Shown piece after piece: positions 50,506 to 62,204 of a stretch of DNA of 64,000 nucleotides. Each line of letters begins with the position of its first letter. Positions within the stretch are counted from its first letter, which is position 1. A program made the position numbers and the translations under genes. Under the pieces are notes generated by a model. It saw only the letters and a list, made by a program, of their open reading frames with translations, was not told the DNA's origin and did not search any database. The DNA comes from Promethearchaeota archaeon (lineage in GTDB: Archaea > Asgardarchaeota > Lokiarchaeia > Sigyniarchaeales > SOKP01). The stretch is from NCBI GenBank assembly GCA_019058445.1, contig JAHPZA010000006.1, positions 416,001 to 480,000 of the forward strand. The letters are read 5' to 3'.

Positions 50506-51321
50506 ATGGGATTCAAAAATAAATTAAATGATTTTCATCAGTTAATAACTAATCCAAAAGTCGTTAAGCTTTCATGGATAGCAGCAACAATGACGTGGTT
50601 ATCTAGTGTAATAATAGCACTTTTGATAGCTCAATTAGATCCTGCTGGGCCCTCTTATGATCCTGCTGGATTTAATCCAGCTATTAATTATATAAGTGAT
50701 CTGGGAAACCAAGACTTAACTCCAATGCCAATTATCATTAATTGGGGAATGATGAATACAGCTTTATTAATGATTCCTCCGACGTTGTACATAAAGAAAA
50801 TCCTTATAGGAGATGATTCAAAATTATCGCGAAAACTACTAGCAAATTTAACAGTTGGTTGTATGTTAATAGGAATGGGAGGATTATTTTTTACAGGTGT
50901 AATTTCTGAAGATGTTGGAGAAGTTTGGGATAATCTCTTTCCAATTGGTGATTGGTATTGGTATCCATCATGGCATGACCTTGTCGCGGATTTTGCGTTT
51001 ACTTTTTTCTTGATCAGTGGAATTCTTGTGGCTTCACAATTTATAATTTTTCCAGATATCCTTGAGGAAAAGATTGGAATAGAACATTCAACAAGAGTGC
51101 GAATTTTATTTGTAATTAATACTTGGATTTTAATTCCAATATTCTATTATATGTTTTATACAGTGCCTTATCTGTGGTATACGGATCATTTTTGGACTTT
51201 TTTGCCATGGTGGCAATGGGCACCCGTATGGGAATGGTTATTGATGGCTTCCCAAACGGTTTATTTAACTTCAGTAACGCTACTGGCGGTAAAAAAAATA
51301 AATCGAGAGTTAGAAAAATAA
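50506..51321 (+). CDS. DUF998-like membrane protein
   Basis: NYISDLG, WH..A, WEW; multiple TM. Confidence 0.6.
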   Translation: MGFKNKLNDFHQLITNPKVVKLSWIAATMTWLSSVIIALLIAQLDPAGPSYDPAGFNPAINYISDLGNQDLTPMPIIINWGMMNTALLMIPPTLYIKKILIGDDSKLSRKLLANLTVGCMLIGMGGLFFTGVISEDVGEVWDNLFPIGDWYWYPSWHDLVADFAFTFFLISGILVASQFIIFPDILEEKIGIEHSTRVRILFVINTWILIPIFYYMFYTVPYLWYTDHFWTFLPWWQWAPVWEWLLMASQTVYLTSVTLLAVKKINRELEK

Positions 51322-51512
51322 ACTCATTGAAAATCTCAAAAATTAAATTTCTCTTTTTTTTCTTGTAGTACTTATAATTTTTTATTATTTTGAAGATGAA
51401 AATTAAATTTTTTAACAATTCATATCAAAAATTTTAAAATACTCATAAATGTATATAAGGCGAAAAAGCAATTTAATAATAGAATGAACATTCAATTAGG
51501 AGATGATTAAAT

Positions 51513-51797
51513 TTGGCTGAAAAACCTAAGATCGGATATAAAGTTATTGGAACCATAAAGAGTGTGAAAGGATTTTGCAATGCTGGACATAAAGAGGGAG
51601 ATCAAATGGAACTTAGCGGATATGAGACAGGTGGATTATGCGGTTTTTTTTATCATGATATTTTTCCATATATTATCATGCTCCAGTTTGGAGGATCATT
51701 TCCAGAAAAATGGGTTTCAGATCCCGATGTGGTAGAGCTAGAATGTATGGATAGGTTTAATGCGGTTAAAATAGCATTGCGAAGAATTAAAGAGTGA
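51513..51797 (+). CDS. TIGR04076-like small protein
   Basis: KGFCNAGHKEGD..LC..C.D pattern. Confidence 0.7.
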   Translation: MAEKPKIGYKVIGTIKSVKGFCNAGHKEGDQMELSGYETGGLCGFFYHDIFPYIIMLQFGGSFPEKWVSDPDVVELECMDRFNAVKIALRRIKE

Positions 51798-51897
51798 GTT
51801 TAACAGAAAAAAAGTGATTTTAATAAATTTCAAATTCCTTTTTTCTTTATCTGCTTTGAAGATTTAATTAAATAAAAAAGAATCCCACGAGTTAAAA

Positions 51898-52482
51898 ATG
51901 ACAGATAATTTAGTTAAACTGAAGAAAATCATTACACTTGAAGCCTATAATGAGAATCCAGACACTTATCAACATCTTTTTGAAATTCAGCTTCCCCCTA
52001 AAAACATTAATCTATTTAAAGTCAGACACCATTTTGAAATGGGAACCCCTATGGTTGGCGATCTTGTTCTTGATTTAGAAAGTGAAAAAATGTTAGAGAT
52101 TCACCCCTTCCCAGAATGGGTGGTATTCCTTAAATCATCAACTAAAGTAAAAAGCAAACCATATTTGGTCGTCCCAAATTTTCCTAAATCATTAGTAAAG
52201 AAATTTTCAAGAAAATCTGTAGATGAGAGAATTGGACTAATTCAGAGCGAAATTGGTACTATTACAATAGACGATATAATTGCTTTTGAATATGATATTG
52301 GGATAAATATTTTAGTTCCAGCGTTTATACCTCATTTTTTTATTTCCTCAAAAATTAATAAGGATGCTGGAGAGGAACCACCGTATTTACAAGTATTTGA
52401 GCCAAATTTAGATGTTTTGACCAAAAATCTAAAAGTAAAAATGAGTTATTTCTTTAAACTACCATTTTCAGTTTATATTTAG
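51898..52482 (+). CDS. Hypothetical protein, possible cupin-like
   Basis: EIHP..E..PH spacing is suggestive only. Confidence 0.45.
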   Translation: MTDNLVKLKKIITLEAYNENPDTYQHLFEIQLPPKNINLFKVRHHFEMGTPMVGDLVLDLESEKMLEIHPFPEWVVFLKSSTKVKSKPYLVVPNFPKSLVKKFSRKSVDERIGLIQSEIGTITIDDIIAFEYDIGINILVPAFIPHFFISSKINKDAGEEPPYLQVFEPNLDVLTKNLKVKMSYFFKLPFSVYI

Positions 52483-52597
52483 AACTCTAATTGCAGTCTT
52501 TTTAAAGACATTAAGGAGTTACCATGTCTAATTTTGCAATAACTCAAATATAAAAATAATTACACTACTACATACTACACCAAATAGGGGATTTATT

Positions 52598-53053
52598 ATG
52601 CATCTCGTATTAACGTTTTTTCATAAGGTAAAAGGACCTGAAATCTTATTATCTTACCCCGAAATTGAATTAGAGGAAGATATAATTGAAAAGTTAATAC
52701 GATTTTTTGACTTAGATATTAATGAGACCTTTTTTGAAATAATTTTGATAAATAAAAAAAAAAGAATAATTAATCTATACTTCGAGGTTATCTCTGAATG
52801 GGCCCGTGGTAATAAAGAACTCGCTATGCTCTCATTGATTATGAAAGAAAAATACGAAAGTAGATTAATTTATACCTTCTTGGTTGATACTGTTCAAAAA
52901 ATCAGATCTAAAGAAAATATTTTTAAAGCTTTTTATAAAAATGATGATTTTCGCTATAATGATATAGAAATTGATTTAGGCTACGAAACAATTAAAAGAA
53001 TTCTATTCGATTGCTTAAATAATTTGATTGATAGATTGAATTCTAAAGTGTAA
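52598..53053 (+). CDS. uDENN/longin-like protein, paralog of 38430-38942
   Basis: LTFFHKVKGPEILLSYP; SEWARG. Confidence 0.55.
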   Translation: MHLVLTFFHKVKGPEILLSYPEIELEEDIIEKLIRFFDLDINETFFEIILINKKKRIINLYFEVISEWARGNKELAMLSLIMKEKYESRLIYTFLVDTVQKIRSKENIFKAFYKNDDFRYNDIEIDLGYETIKRILFDCLNNLIDRLNSKV

Positions 53054-53093
53054 TTTGAAAAAAATTTAGAAAGTTAGGTATGCTGTAATTCCC

Positions 53094-53873
53094 CTATATC
53101 TTATTAACGTAATTTAAAAATGCTTTAACAACCATATGAAATTTTGGATCAGGGACGACGGTAAGGTGATCTCTGCCTTGAATTTGGAAATGACAAGCAT
53201 TTGGCACTAATTTTGCAAATAAGGCTTTATCTCCGCGTATAAAATCATCAGAGCCAACAACAGTCAAAACAGGAACAGAAATTTTTTTTAGATTTTTCCG
53301 TATTTTTGCTTTCGAAGTAAACATAACGTCTGGCTGTTGGACATAGGCACTCATTACTGCCGCTAAAGCATTCAAGTTTGCACTCCTCGTTTCAGCAAAT
53401 TTGCGAAATTCCTGAGCAATACGATTTTTAATTTGGTCTACACTTTCCGCCTTAAGTGCCTTAACAATACCTTCATATATAAACGTAGTTGGTTCATCAC
53501 TCAAAGCAAATCCCCCTAGAATTGCACTTTTAACCCTTTTAGATTCATGTAAAAGCGCATTTAATGTAAGGCGTGAGCCCATCGAATAGCCGAAGAAATT
53601 AGCTTTTTCTACCGATAAATGGTCTAAAAGTTTTATCGCATCTTCCATCATTTTTAAACCATATTGGGTGGGATCCGTCGGTTTATCACTTTTTCCATGA
53701 CCACGACAATCCAACAATATCAAACGATTGGAATCCTTTAGAGTTTTTATCCAATTTGTTGCTCTCCAATTATCATCAATATTTGATGCGAATCCATGAA
53801 TCATGATTAAATCTGGACCAGTTCCCTCCATTTCATAATATATTTTAACACCTTCATTATCGAAGTACGGCAT
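53094..53873 (-). CDS. Alpha/beta hydrolase
   Basis: IHGF, DCRGHGKS, GYSMG nucleophile, GSDD, RDH. Confidence 0.88.
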   Translation of the reverse strand: MPYFDNEGVKIYYEMEGTGPDLIMIHGFASNIDDNWRATNWIKTLKDSNRLILLDCRGHGKSDKPTDPTQYGLKMMEDAIKLLDHLSVEKANFFGYSMGSRLTLNALLHESKRVKSAILGGFALSDEPTTFIYEGIVKALKAESVDQIKNRIAQEFRKFAETRSANLNALAAVMSAYVQQPDVMFTSKAKIRKNLKKISVPVLTVVGSDDFIRGDKALFAKLVPNACHFQIQGRDHLTVVPDPKFHMVVKAFLNYVNKI

Positions 53874-54159
53874 CTTTTATAATACCTATTTATTTTGATT
53901 TTGAAATATGAGATTTCATTAAATTTTAATTATCTTTGATAAATATAAAACTATTCAATAGATTAAATGAATCTATAAAGTACCTAAAATTAGTTTATAT
54001 TCAAAATAGCTCCTTCTTAGAACCATGATAGTTATTTAAAAATTTAAAAAAAAAATGCAGAAAACTTATGTTAACGCAGTCTCTAGGATTTAATTAAGAA
54101 TAAATACTTGAAAAAAATTATACTATTAAATAACTAAAAAAGATATCATTTAGTTTTTT

Positions 54160-55374
<1,215 letters not shown>

Positions 55375-55457
55375 TTAAAACCTATATTTAAATATAAATA
55401 AAAAAAAGATAATAATTTTATTGAACTATTAGTAGAAAAATCTTATTTTCTTACCTC

Positions 55458-55778
55458 TTATTCTGGGAATGGAGGATGTGGCACCAATAATTCCTGCTTT
55501 TGACTCTCAATTATATTATCAAGACTAGCGGAAAGTTTTTGGTATTCTGGATCTAAAAAGGCTTTTATTGCTATTTTTTCCATTTTTGCTAAACTCTCCC
55601 ATTGGTGTTCGATAATGATTGTATTTGTATCATAAGAGCCAGTTAAGCATCGATAACGTTTTTTAGGAGGATAACCCAATTTATTCTCGATTTCTGTGAA
55701 TTTTTTATCTATAGTTTCAAGTTCTTCCCATTTCCCATTATATATTTTTTGAATTAAACGTTGAATAATTATTACCAT
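55458..55778 (-). CDS. Small dimeric alpha-beta barrel (NIPSNAP-like) protein
   Basis: TIIIEHQWESLA..E pattern. Confidence 0.5.
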   Translation of the reverse strand: MVIIIQRLIQKIYNGKWEELETIDKKFTEIENKLGYPPKKRYRCLTGSYDTNTIIIEHQWESLAKMEKIAIKAFLDPEYQKLSASLDNIIESQKQELLVPHPPFPE

Positions 55779-55970
55779 TTAAATTTCACCTACTAAAAAT
55801 TGACTTTTTAGTAAATAATACTATGTAACTTGAATATATAAAAATGTCTTTTTAGCATTCTCTTTTTTGAGAATTCTTAAGATCGTGATAATTGGAAAGG
55901 TTCAGAAGAAAATATCATGAAAATATATTAACTCATCAGATCTAATATATTATATTACATCAAAGTAAAA

Positions 55971-56978
55971 GTGAGCTTGTTGGGTAAAATTGTATTTTCA
56001 AAGGCACCAGTGAGAATAAATGATATAGGGGGATGGACTGACACCTGGTTTTATAAAAATGGTGCTGTTTTTAACTTCGCAGTCGACCTTTATAGCCATG
56101 TACGTATTGAAGAAAATAAGACCAAAAGTATCAAAATTGTCTCAGAAAATCTGAATTTATCCACCGAAATTAAAAATTATAATAAAATTGAATATGATGG
56201 AACCTTAGATTTACTAAAAGCAGCAGTTAAAAGAATGGAAATAAAATCTGGATTAAGTATTTTCATTCGTGCAGAATCACCTCCTGGATGCGGTACTGGT
56301 ACAAGCGCAAGTGTAACAGTTGCATTAATTGCTGCCTTATCACGGTATCTTAACAAAAAAATGAGACCCTATCAAATAGCGGAATTAGCTCACAAATTAG
56401 AGACTGAAGAATTGCATTTGGAAAGTGGGGTCCAAGATCAATTCGCAGCAGCATATGGAGGAATTAATTTCATGGAAATTGACTATCCCTCAGTTAACAT
56501 TTCAAATATTAATGTCGATGAGAATAAAATTTGTAAATTAGAAAATCAATTGATTCTCGTGTATTTAAGTTCAAGGAGCTCAAGCAATATGCATAAAGCG
56601 GTTATTAATAATTACGAGAATGGCTTAAAAAGTACCTTAGATGCATTTGAGACCATAAAAAATTGTGCCTATGAAATGAGAAGAGCAATTCATTCAGCCG
56701 ATTTAAAAAAAATAGGAACAATTATGTATAGAAATTGGGAAGCCCAAAAACAACTACATCCTTTAATGGTTAATCCAATAATTGAAAAAACAGAAAGAGT
56801 CGCAAGAGAAAATGGTGCCATTGGTTTTAAATGTAATGGGGCGGGAGGAGGAGGATCTGTAACAATATTAGCTGAAGTAGGAAACGAAGACATCATAAAA
56901 AAAAAATTGAATGAAATTGGATTAAAAATCCTTCCCGCGAAATTAGATTTTAAAGGAGTACAAACGTGGGAAGCTTAA
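55971..56978 (+). CDS. GHMP kinase (HddA-like sugar-phosphate kinase)
   Basis: APVRI..GGWTD, PPGCGTGTSAS, GVQDQ, GAGGGG. Confidence 0.88.
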   Translation: MSLLGKIVFSKAPVRINDIGGWTDTWFYKNGAVFNFAVDLYSHVRIEENKTKSIKIVSENLNLSTEIKNYNKIEYDGTLDLLKAAVKRMEIKSGLSIFIRAESPPGCGTGTSASVTVALIAALSRYLNKKMRPYQIAELAHKLETEELHLESGVQDQFAAAYGGINFMEIDYPSVNISNINVDENKICKLENQLILVYLSSRSSSNMHKAVINNYENGLKSTLDAFETIKNCAYEMRRAIHSADLKKIGTIMYRNWEAQKQLHPLMVNPIIEKTERVARENGAIGFKCNGAGGGGSVTILAEVGNEDIIKKKLNEIGLKILPAKLDFKGVQTWEA

Positions 56979-57112
56979 AAATCTCTTGTTATTAAAAAGA
57001 TTTAGAATGTAAAAATCTTACCATAATGATGATATTTTTTTATTGAATAGAATATATTTTATTTTATTAAAATCTAAAAAAGAGTATTCGAAAAAAAAAA
57101 GAGTAGGTCATA

Positions 57113-57937
57113 ATGTCACCAATAGATGTAAATTCAGTAGGACAAACAAGAGAGGGAACATTTAAGTATGATTGGAAAACATGTGCCTTGTATAATTTAG
57201 GAATTGGTGCACAAGCAGAAGATTTACCCTTTGTATATGAGAATGTACAAGGGGGCATGAAAGTGTTTCCAAGTTTCGCCACCATTGTAGCGGGGAGCGG
57301 ACTGCTTTTCCCAAAAGGAACTGATTTTGTTCGATTATTACATGGGGAGCAATTAATCCGTCTTTATGCACCTTTTAATCCAAAAGGAACAATAAAAACA
57401 AAAGGAGTTATAGAACATATATACGATAAAAGTAAAGCCGCTGTCATCCATACAAAAATATCTGGATATTCAAAAGATAAACAGATATTTGACACAATGT
57501 ATGTCTTTTTCGTTGGTGGGGCAGGTGGTTTCGGTGGAGACCCAGGACCAAAAACTGTGCCTATTGTTCCTCCCGATGGTGTAGAGCCAGATTTTAGCAT
57601 TTCTTATCAGACCGATAAAAATCAAGCAGCATTTTATAGATTAAATGGAGATTATAATCCACTACATATTGATCCGAAATTTGCTAAAATGGCTGGTCAA
57701 CCAAAACCAATTCTCCATGGTTTGTGTACTTACGGAATTGCTACACGTTCTATTGTATATGGACTATGTGATGGGGATGTTTCTCGCTTTAAAGAATTCA
57801 ATGCGAGATTTAAAGGAGTTGTATTTCCTGGAGAGACCCTTACGACTGAAGGTTGGAAAGATAACGGACGTTACATAATTCAAGTTCGAAAGGAAAACAC
57901 CGTAGTCCTAGGGAACGCTTATGCTATTGTAGAGTAA
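57113..57937 (+). CDS. MaoC-family 2-enoyl-CoA hydratase 2
   Basis: LLHGEQ; YRLNGDYNPLHIDP..ILHGLCT hydratase-2 motif. Confidence 0.9.
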   Translation: MSPIDVNSVGQTREGTFKYDWKTCALYNLGIGAQAEDLPFVYENVQGGMKVFPSFATIVAGSGLLFPKGTDFVRLLHGEQLIRLYAPFNPKGTIKTKGVIEHIYDKSKAAVIHTKISGYSKDKQIFDTMYVFFVGGAGGFGGDPGPKTVPIVPPDGVEPDFSISYQTDKNQAAFYRLNGDYNPLHIDPKFAKMAGQPKPILHGLCTYGIATRSIVYGLCDGDVSRFKEFNARFKGVVFPGETLTTEGWKDNGRYIIQVRKENTVVLGNAYAIVE

Positions 57938-58025
57938 ATATTTTAAAATTAATCAAAATCTTTTTTATTTTTAATTTAATTTTCGTAATCCTTATTTGTA
58001 ATTAGGTTGAAATAAAATTACAATC

Positions 58026-59981
58026 ATGGAACTCTTTAAAGCCTTAAAAAAGATAATTAAAGACGAAAAGAACTTTTGTGAGAATTACATAAGAATTTCT
58101 CTATTATTAAACACATTAGTAATAATATTCTCTTCTATTTACGAATTAGGTTTTATGTTTTCTATTTACGGTCAAATTGTAGGGATTCTTTTCTTACTAA
58201 CTTTTTTCTCTAATTTAGGTTTGATTTATTTGAACGATAGATACATGAATAAATACATTAAAAAGATTCGAAAATTTCAACTATTGAATTATGGATATTT
58301 GATTACCGCTATAATTACAGTTATGACCTTGATGAGTTTGGGTTTAGGAAATGTAAAAAGACAGCCTTTTCAACCAGTCTACTACTTTCTATTTTGCTAT
58401 GCTTTTTATATTTCATATTTAGATTATCAACATTTCATAAAAATTGAAGGAGATAATACGAGGAGATCCACCCAAATGGAGCAAAACAGAAAAATTTTGA
58501 GACTTTTTGTAATTCTTTTCTTTCTTTTAATACCTTTTATTACAGGATTCTATCTTTTTAATCTATCATTAAGTGAAACTCAACAAAGTTCGAATTTAGT
58601 ACTTACAAATCTAGGACCCATCCTCTTTCTTGTAATTATCATATTTCTTCCAATAATTAGTTTGCTCCTTTTAAAATATAATTGGAAACAGCCTAATTTT
58701 TTATCAACGATCATTGGACTTTTAAAAGTACTTTTAATATCTCTATGTCTTATTACTTTTATTTTTGCTGGTACTTTTGCTTTTAATATGTTATCAAGTG
58801 GAGTACCCTTACATATAATCTTCTATTTGATTAATTTTATTCTTCCGGCTTTTTTCGCTTTACTCATTTTGATAATTCCAACAGTAACATTGCTGTTGCA
58901 TAAAACAATTCCACGGAGTTGGAAAAAAATTGGTAAGGCATTTACCATCGTTGGAATTTTTCTGACTGTTACTTTATCTCTTCCATTTATTACAGCACCT
59001 ATTACAATAATTGACGCAAATAATCAATTCGCTAAAGCATTTGGAAAGAATTGGAATAAATTTGATCCAGATGTGGAAGAAGAATTCTTAGATATGCCTT
59101 ATGTCTTAATTCAATCTTGGTTTGGAGAACCCAAACTTGATCCTGATTCATGGAAATTAGATGCTAAACACGTTTATAAAGAGACAGAAGATTATAGATT
59201 GAAATTTGATGTGTATTATCCTGGTAAAGTAGCAGCCCAACATATTGGAAAAAAAGCTACAATAATCTTTATCCACGGTGGAGGTTGGTCAAGGAGAGAA
59301 AGAGAAACTGGAGCGCCTTATCTTAGATATTTTGCGGCTCACGGTTATGTGTGTTTTACAATAGATTATAGATTATTAGAAGTTGATGGCTCTCCCGACA
59401 AAAGTTTTGTAGGTGATTATAATATTGAGCATATGATGAGGGATATAGCAAATTTTACCCAATATTTGGCAGTAAATGAGCAGAAAAAAGTGGTTCATGG
59501 AGCGGATTTAGATAATGTATTTCTTATAGGGCAGTCAGCTGGTGCTCACCTAGCAGCTGTTACCGGCTTTGGTTATAATGATGATGAGTGGGGGCTTGAC
59601 CAGCGATTAAAAATTAAAGGCATAGTTTTATTTTATCCTCCAAATGATGCTCGTCAGTTTTTTTATGGAAATGTTTTGTATGATGCGGGTATTAGCAAAT
59701 ATAAAACCCCAACTGAAGATCCCGATTTTTATGATTTATACACCCCAAGTAAACTAGTCGATAAAGATGATCCTACTTGTCTCATCTTCCAAGGCACATC
59801 AGATACTTACGTACCATATATAAATGCTGAACAGATAAAGAAAGCCTGTGAAAAAGAAGATGTAGATGTGATATTGGTAACAACCTATTTTCTTGGACAT
59901 GCTCATGACATCAGTGTTTTAGTTAAGACAATGGCGCTCTACTACATGGAGAGATTCTTCTATCTAATAAAAGAAGATTAA
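58026..59981 (+). CDS. Membrane-anchored HSL-like esterase/lipase
   Basis: Multi-TM N-terminal half; HGGGW, GQSAG, GTSD, HAHD. Confidence 0.8.
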   Translation: MELFKALKKIIKDEKNFCENYIRISLLLNTLVIIFSSIYELGFMFSIYGQIVGILFLLTFFSNLGLIYLNDRYMNKYIKKIRKFQLLNYGYLITAIITVMTLMSLGLGNVKRQPFQPVYYFLFCYAFYISYLDYQHFIKIEGDNTRRSTQMEQNRKILRLFVILFFLLIPFITGFYLFNLSLSETQQSSNLVLTNLGPILFLVIIIFLPIISLLLLKYNWKQPNFLSTIIGLLKVLLISLCLITFIFAGTFAFNMLSSGVPLHIIFYLINFILPAFFALLILIIPTVTLLLHKTIPRSWKKIGKAFTIVGIFLTVTLSLPFITAPITIIDANNQFAKAFGKNWNKFDPDVEEEFLDMPYVLIQSWFGEPKLDPDSWKLDAKHVYKETEDYRLKFDVYYPGKVAAQHIGKKATIIFIHGGGWSRRERETGAPYLRYFAAHGYVCFTIDYRLLEVDGSPDKSFVGDYNIEHMMRDIANFTQYLAVNEQKKVVHGADLDNVFLIGQSAGAHLAAVTGFGYNDDEWGLDQRLKIKGIVLFYPPNDARQFFYGNVLYDAGISKYKTPTEDPDFYDLYTPSKLVDKDDPTCLIFQGTSDTYVPYINAEQIKKACEKEDVDVILVTTYFLGHAHDISVLVKTMALYYMERFFYLIKED

Positions 59982-60201
59982 AGTTCATTTATCACACAAT
60001 TTCATTCTAAACTACTTAGGGTAATTCTTTAAATCTAGGGATTACTTTCATCAGAATCAGACTTAGAACTTTATTTTATAAAAGAAAATAATTTAAATGA
60101 TTCTAATATTATTATTTTACAATTGAGTATTACTACACATTTTAATGACATACCAACTGAAATAGTTCAAAAACCTTACATAACTTAGGAGAAATAGCAA
60201 T

Positions 60202-61005
60202 TTGGAGTCAATTTTACCTTTTAGGCACGAAGATGAAAAAACTGTTTTGAATAGTATCCATCCTGTAGTCAGATTGGGGTTACCCTTTATTTTTGTAGTT
60301 CCGTTTCTTCTTGTTGAAAATCTTTTTTTAATTTATAGCTATATCTTGCTAACATTAATTTTTATTATAATCACCCGCTTAAATCTCTCAAGGATTTTGA
60401 AAAGATTAAAAAATGTCATTCCTTTTATCCTGGTAATCACTATTTTTTTACCATTGTATTTAGGAGAGACAATCCTTTTTCAGATTAATATCGGAATATC
60501 AATAAATATCTATGAAGAAGGAATATATAGAGCTTTTTTCCTTTTTATGAGAATATTCGCTGCTACATTTATCTTTATGTCGTTTTTCTCTTCTTTAACA
60601 TATTCAGAATTTATTGAGGCACTTACTTCATTAAAATTACCGGCGTTTTTCGTTGGGAGTTTCATAATAATGCTGCATTACATTCCAATCATTGCAACTT
60701 CAAATAAAAAGATATTGGAGGCTCAAGAACTGCGGGGAAAGAAAATAACAAATTATTGGCAAAGACTGAAAGTACACGCGTTTATTATGGGAAAAAGTTT
60801 AGTAGCAAATATGGAACGTAGTGAACATTTATATGAAAGTCTGAAAATGAGGGGTTTTTCTGGTGAACTGACCTTTGCGCCCAAGAAAATTAGAGTCTAT
60901 GATTTCATAATTCTTTTGGTCTTTATACTCATTAGTGTGTATTTATTTTATTTTTTAAATTTAGAAAATATTTATGCGGAGGTTTTCAAATTATTTTTGC
61001 TGTAG
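60202..61005 (+). CDS. cbiQ: ECF transporter T component (CbiQ/NikQ)
   Basis: AQELRG and ERSEHLYESLKMRGF motifs; multi-TM. Confidence 0.85.
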   Translation: MESILPFRHEDEKTVLNSIHPVVRLGLPFIFVVPFLLVENLFLIYSYILLTLIFIIITRLNLSRILKRLKNVIPFILVITIFLPLYLGETILFQINIGISINIYEEGIYRAFFLFMRIFAATFIFMSFFSSLTYSEFIEALTSLKLPAFFVGSFIIMLHYIPIIATSNKKILEAQELRGKKITNYWQRLKVHAFIMGKSLVANMERSEHLYESLKMRGFSGELTFAPKKIRVYDFIILLVFILISVYLFYFLNLENIYAEVFKLFLL

Positions 61006-61769
61006 AAGTAAAAAATTTAAATTTTCAATATAATTCTAAGTTTAGTATTCAGGATTTATCAATGAGAATTGAAGAGAACTCTAAATATGCTTTAACCGGA
61101 AATAACGGGGCTGGTAAGACCACGTTATTAAGATTATTGGTAGGTTTATTACGACCAAAATCTGGTACAATTAAAATCTTTGATAAAGCTCTTACCAGAA
61201 AAAAGAAAGATTTATGGCAAATCAGACAAAATATTGGATTTTTATTCCAAAATCCAGATGATCAACTTTTTGCTCCAACTATAGAAGAAGATGTGAGCTT
61301 TGGAGCACGAAATTTAAAACTTGAACCAGAAGAGGTTAAAAGACGCGTTAAATGGGCATTAGAAGCAGTAGATTTAGTAGATTTTAAGGATTTTTCACCC
61401 TTTAATCTATCATGGGGCCAAAAAAAAAGAGCATGCTTGGCAGGATTGCTTGTGATGAAGCCAAAATTATTGATATTGGACGAACCCTTCGCAAATCTTG
61501 ATTTTAAATCAATCATTAACCATCTTGCTATAATAGAAAGATTACGGAAAGAAGAAAATATGACAATTTTATTTACTTCACATAATTTGTTCTTTGTAGA
61601 GCACTGGGCTGATGAGATGCTAGTCTTAAATGAAGGAAGAGGAATTTTTGAGGGACATCCTAGAGAGGGATTGAACCTTCCTAATATTAGAGAAATTATG
61701 GGATCTTACGACGAGATTAGAGATTTAATTCAAAATCACAATTCTAACCAAAAACAATTGATATTTTAA
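60990..61769 (+). CDS. cbiO: ECF ABC ATPase (CbiO/NikO); start probably upstream of ATG 61062
   Basis: GNNGAGKT, FQNPDDQLF, LSWGQ, LDEP; in-frame AVEVKNLNFQY upstream of the first ATG. Confidence 0.85.
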   Translation: MIFAVEVKNLNFQYNSKFSIQDLSMRIEENSKYALTGNNGAGKTTLLRLLVGLLRPKSGTIKIFDKALTRKKKDLWQIRQNIGFLFQNPDDQLFAPTIEEDVSFGARNLKLEPEEVKRRVKWALEAVDLVDFKDFSPFNLSWGQKKRACLAGLLVMKPKLLILDEPFANLDFKSIINHLAIIERLRKEENMTILFTSHNLFFVEHWADEMLVLNEGRGIFEGHPREGLNLPNIREIMGSYDEIRDLIQNHNSNQKQLIF

Positions 61770-61889
61770 ATAAAAAGGTTTTACCAGTACTATAAATCTT
61801 AAATTTTATTTTTTTAATTGCTTAAATAAAACCACAAAATTTTTTACTTTCAATTTCTATAATCATTCTTGGGAAAGCGATGATGGAAT

Positions 61890-62173
61890 AACTGCGCTTC
61901 GAGGGCACATATGATCGAAGATGAGTATGTGTGCAAAACGGCGCAAACATCCAGAGTTTAATAATCAGTAAGTAAAAAACTGCAAGCAAAATGGGCTCTT
62001 AACTAAGCGATGATAGGTATCAATGCGATGAAGTGGAAGCCAGTTACCCAGATTGCAGATATGATTATGCCCCATAAAGGCATGAAATTAACGCCTAACA
62101 CGAGAGAACTTATTCGATTTTAAGGGAAAATCCTTAAAATGAGAAGTAAGAGTTAGTGCTTTAGGCAACAATA
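61890..62173 (+). ncRNA. Multi-hairpin H/ACA-like guide RNA
   Basis: Three stem-pocket-stem hairpins followed by ACA (61947), AUA (62059) and ACA (62168); UGA/GA K-loop-like motifs; T-tract at ~62182; GC-enriched and non-coding. Confidence 0.7.
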
Positions 62174-62204
62174 ATGCTGAATTTTTTTTAAAAAGAAATA
62201 ATTT

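Noticed and set aside
61870-62190. SRP RNA, RNase P RNA, cobalamin riboswitch or C/D box RNA
   Set aside because: SRP helix-8, RNase P GAGGAAAGUCC and B12-box motifs are absent. A C-like ATGATGG (61880) and a CTGA (62177) exist, but hairpin-plus-ACA architecture explains the region better
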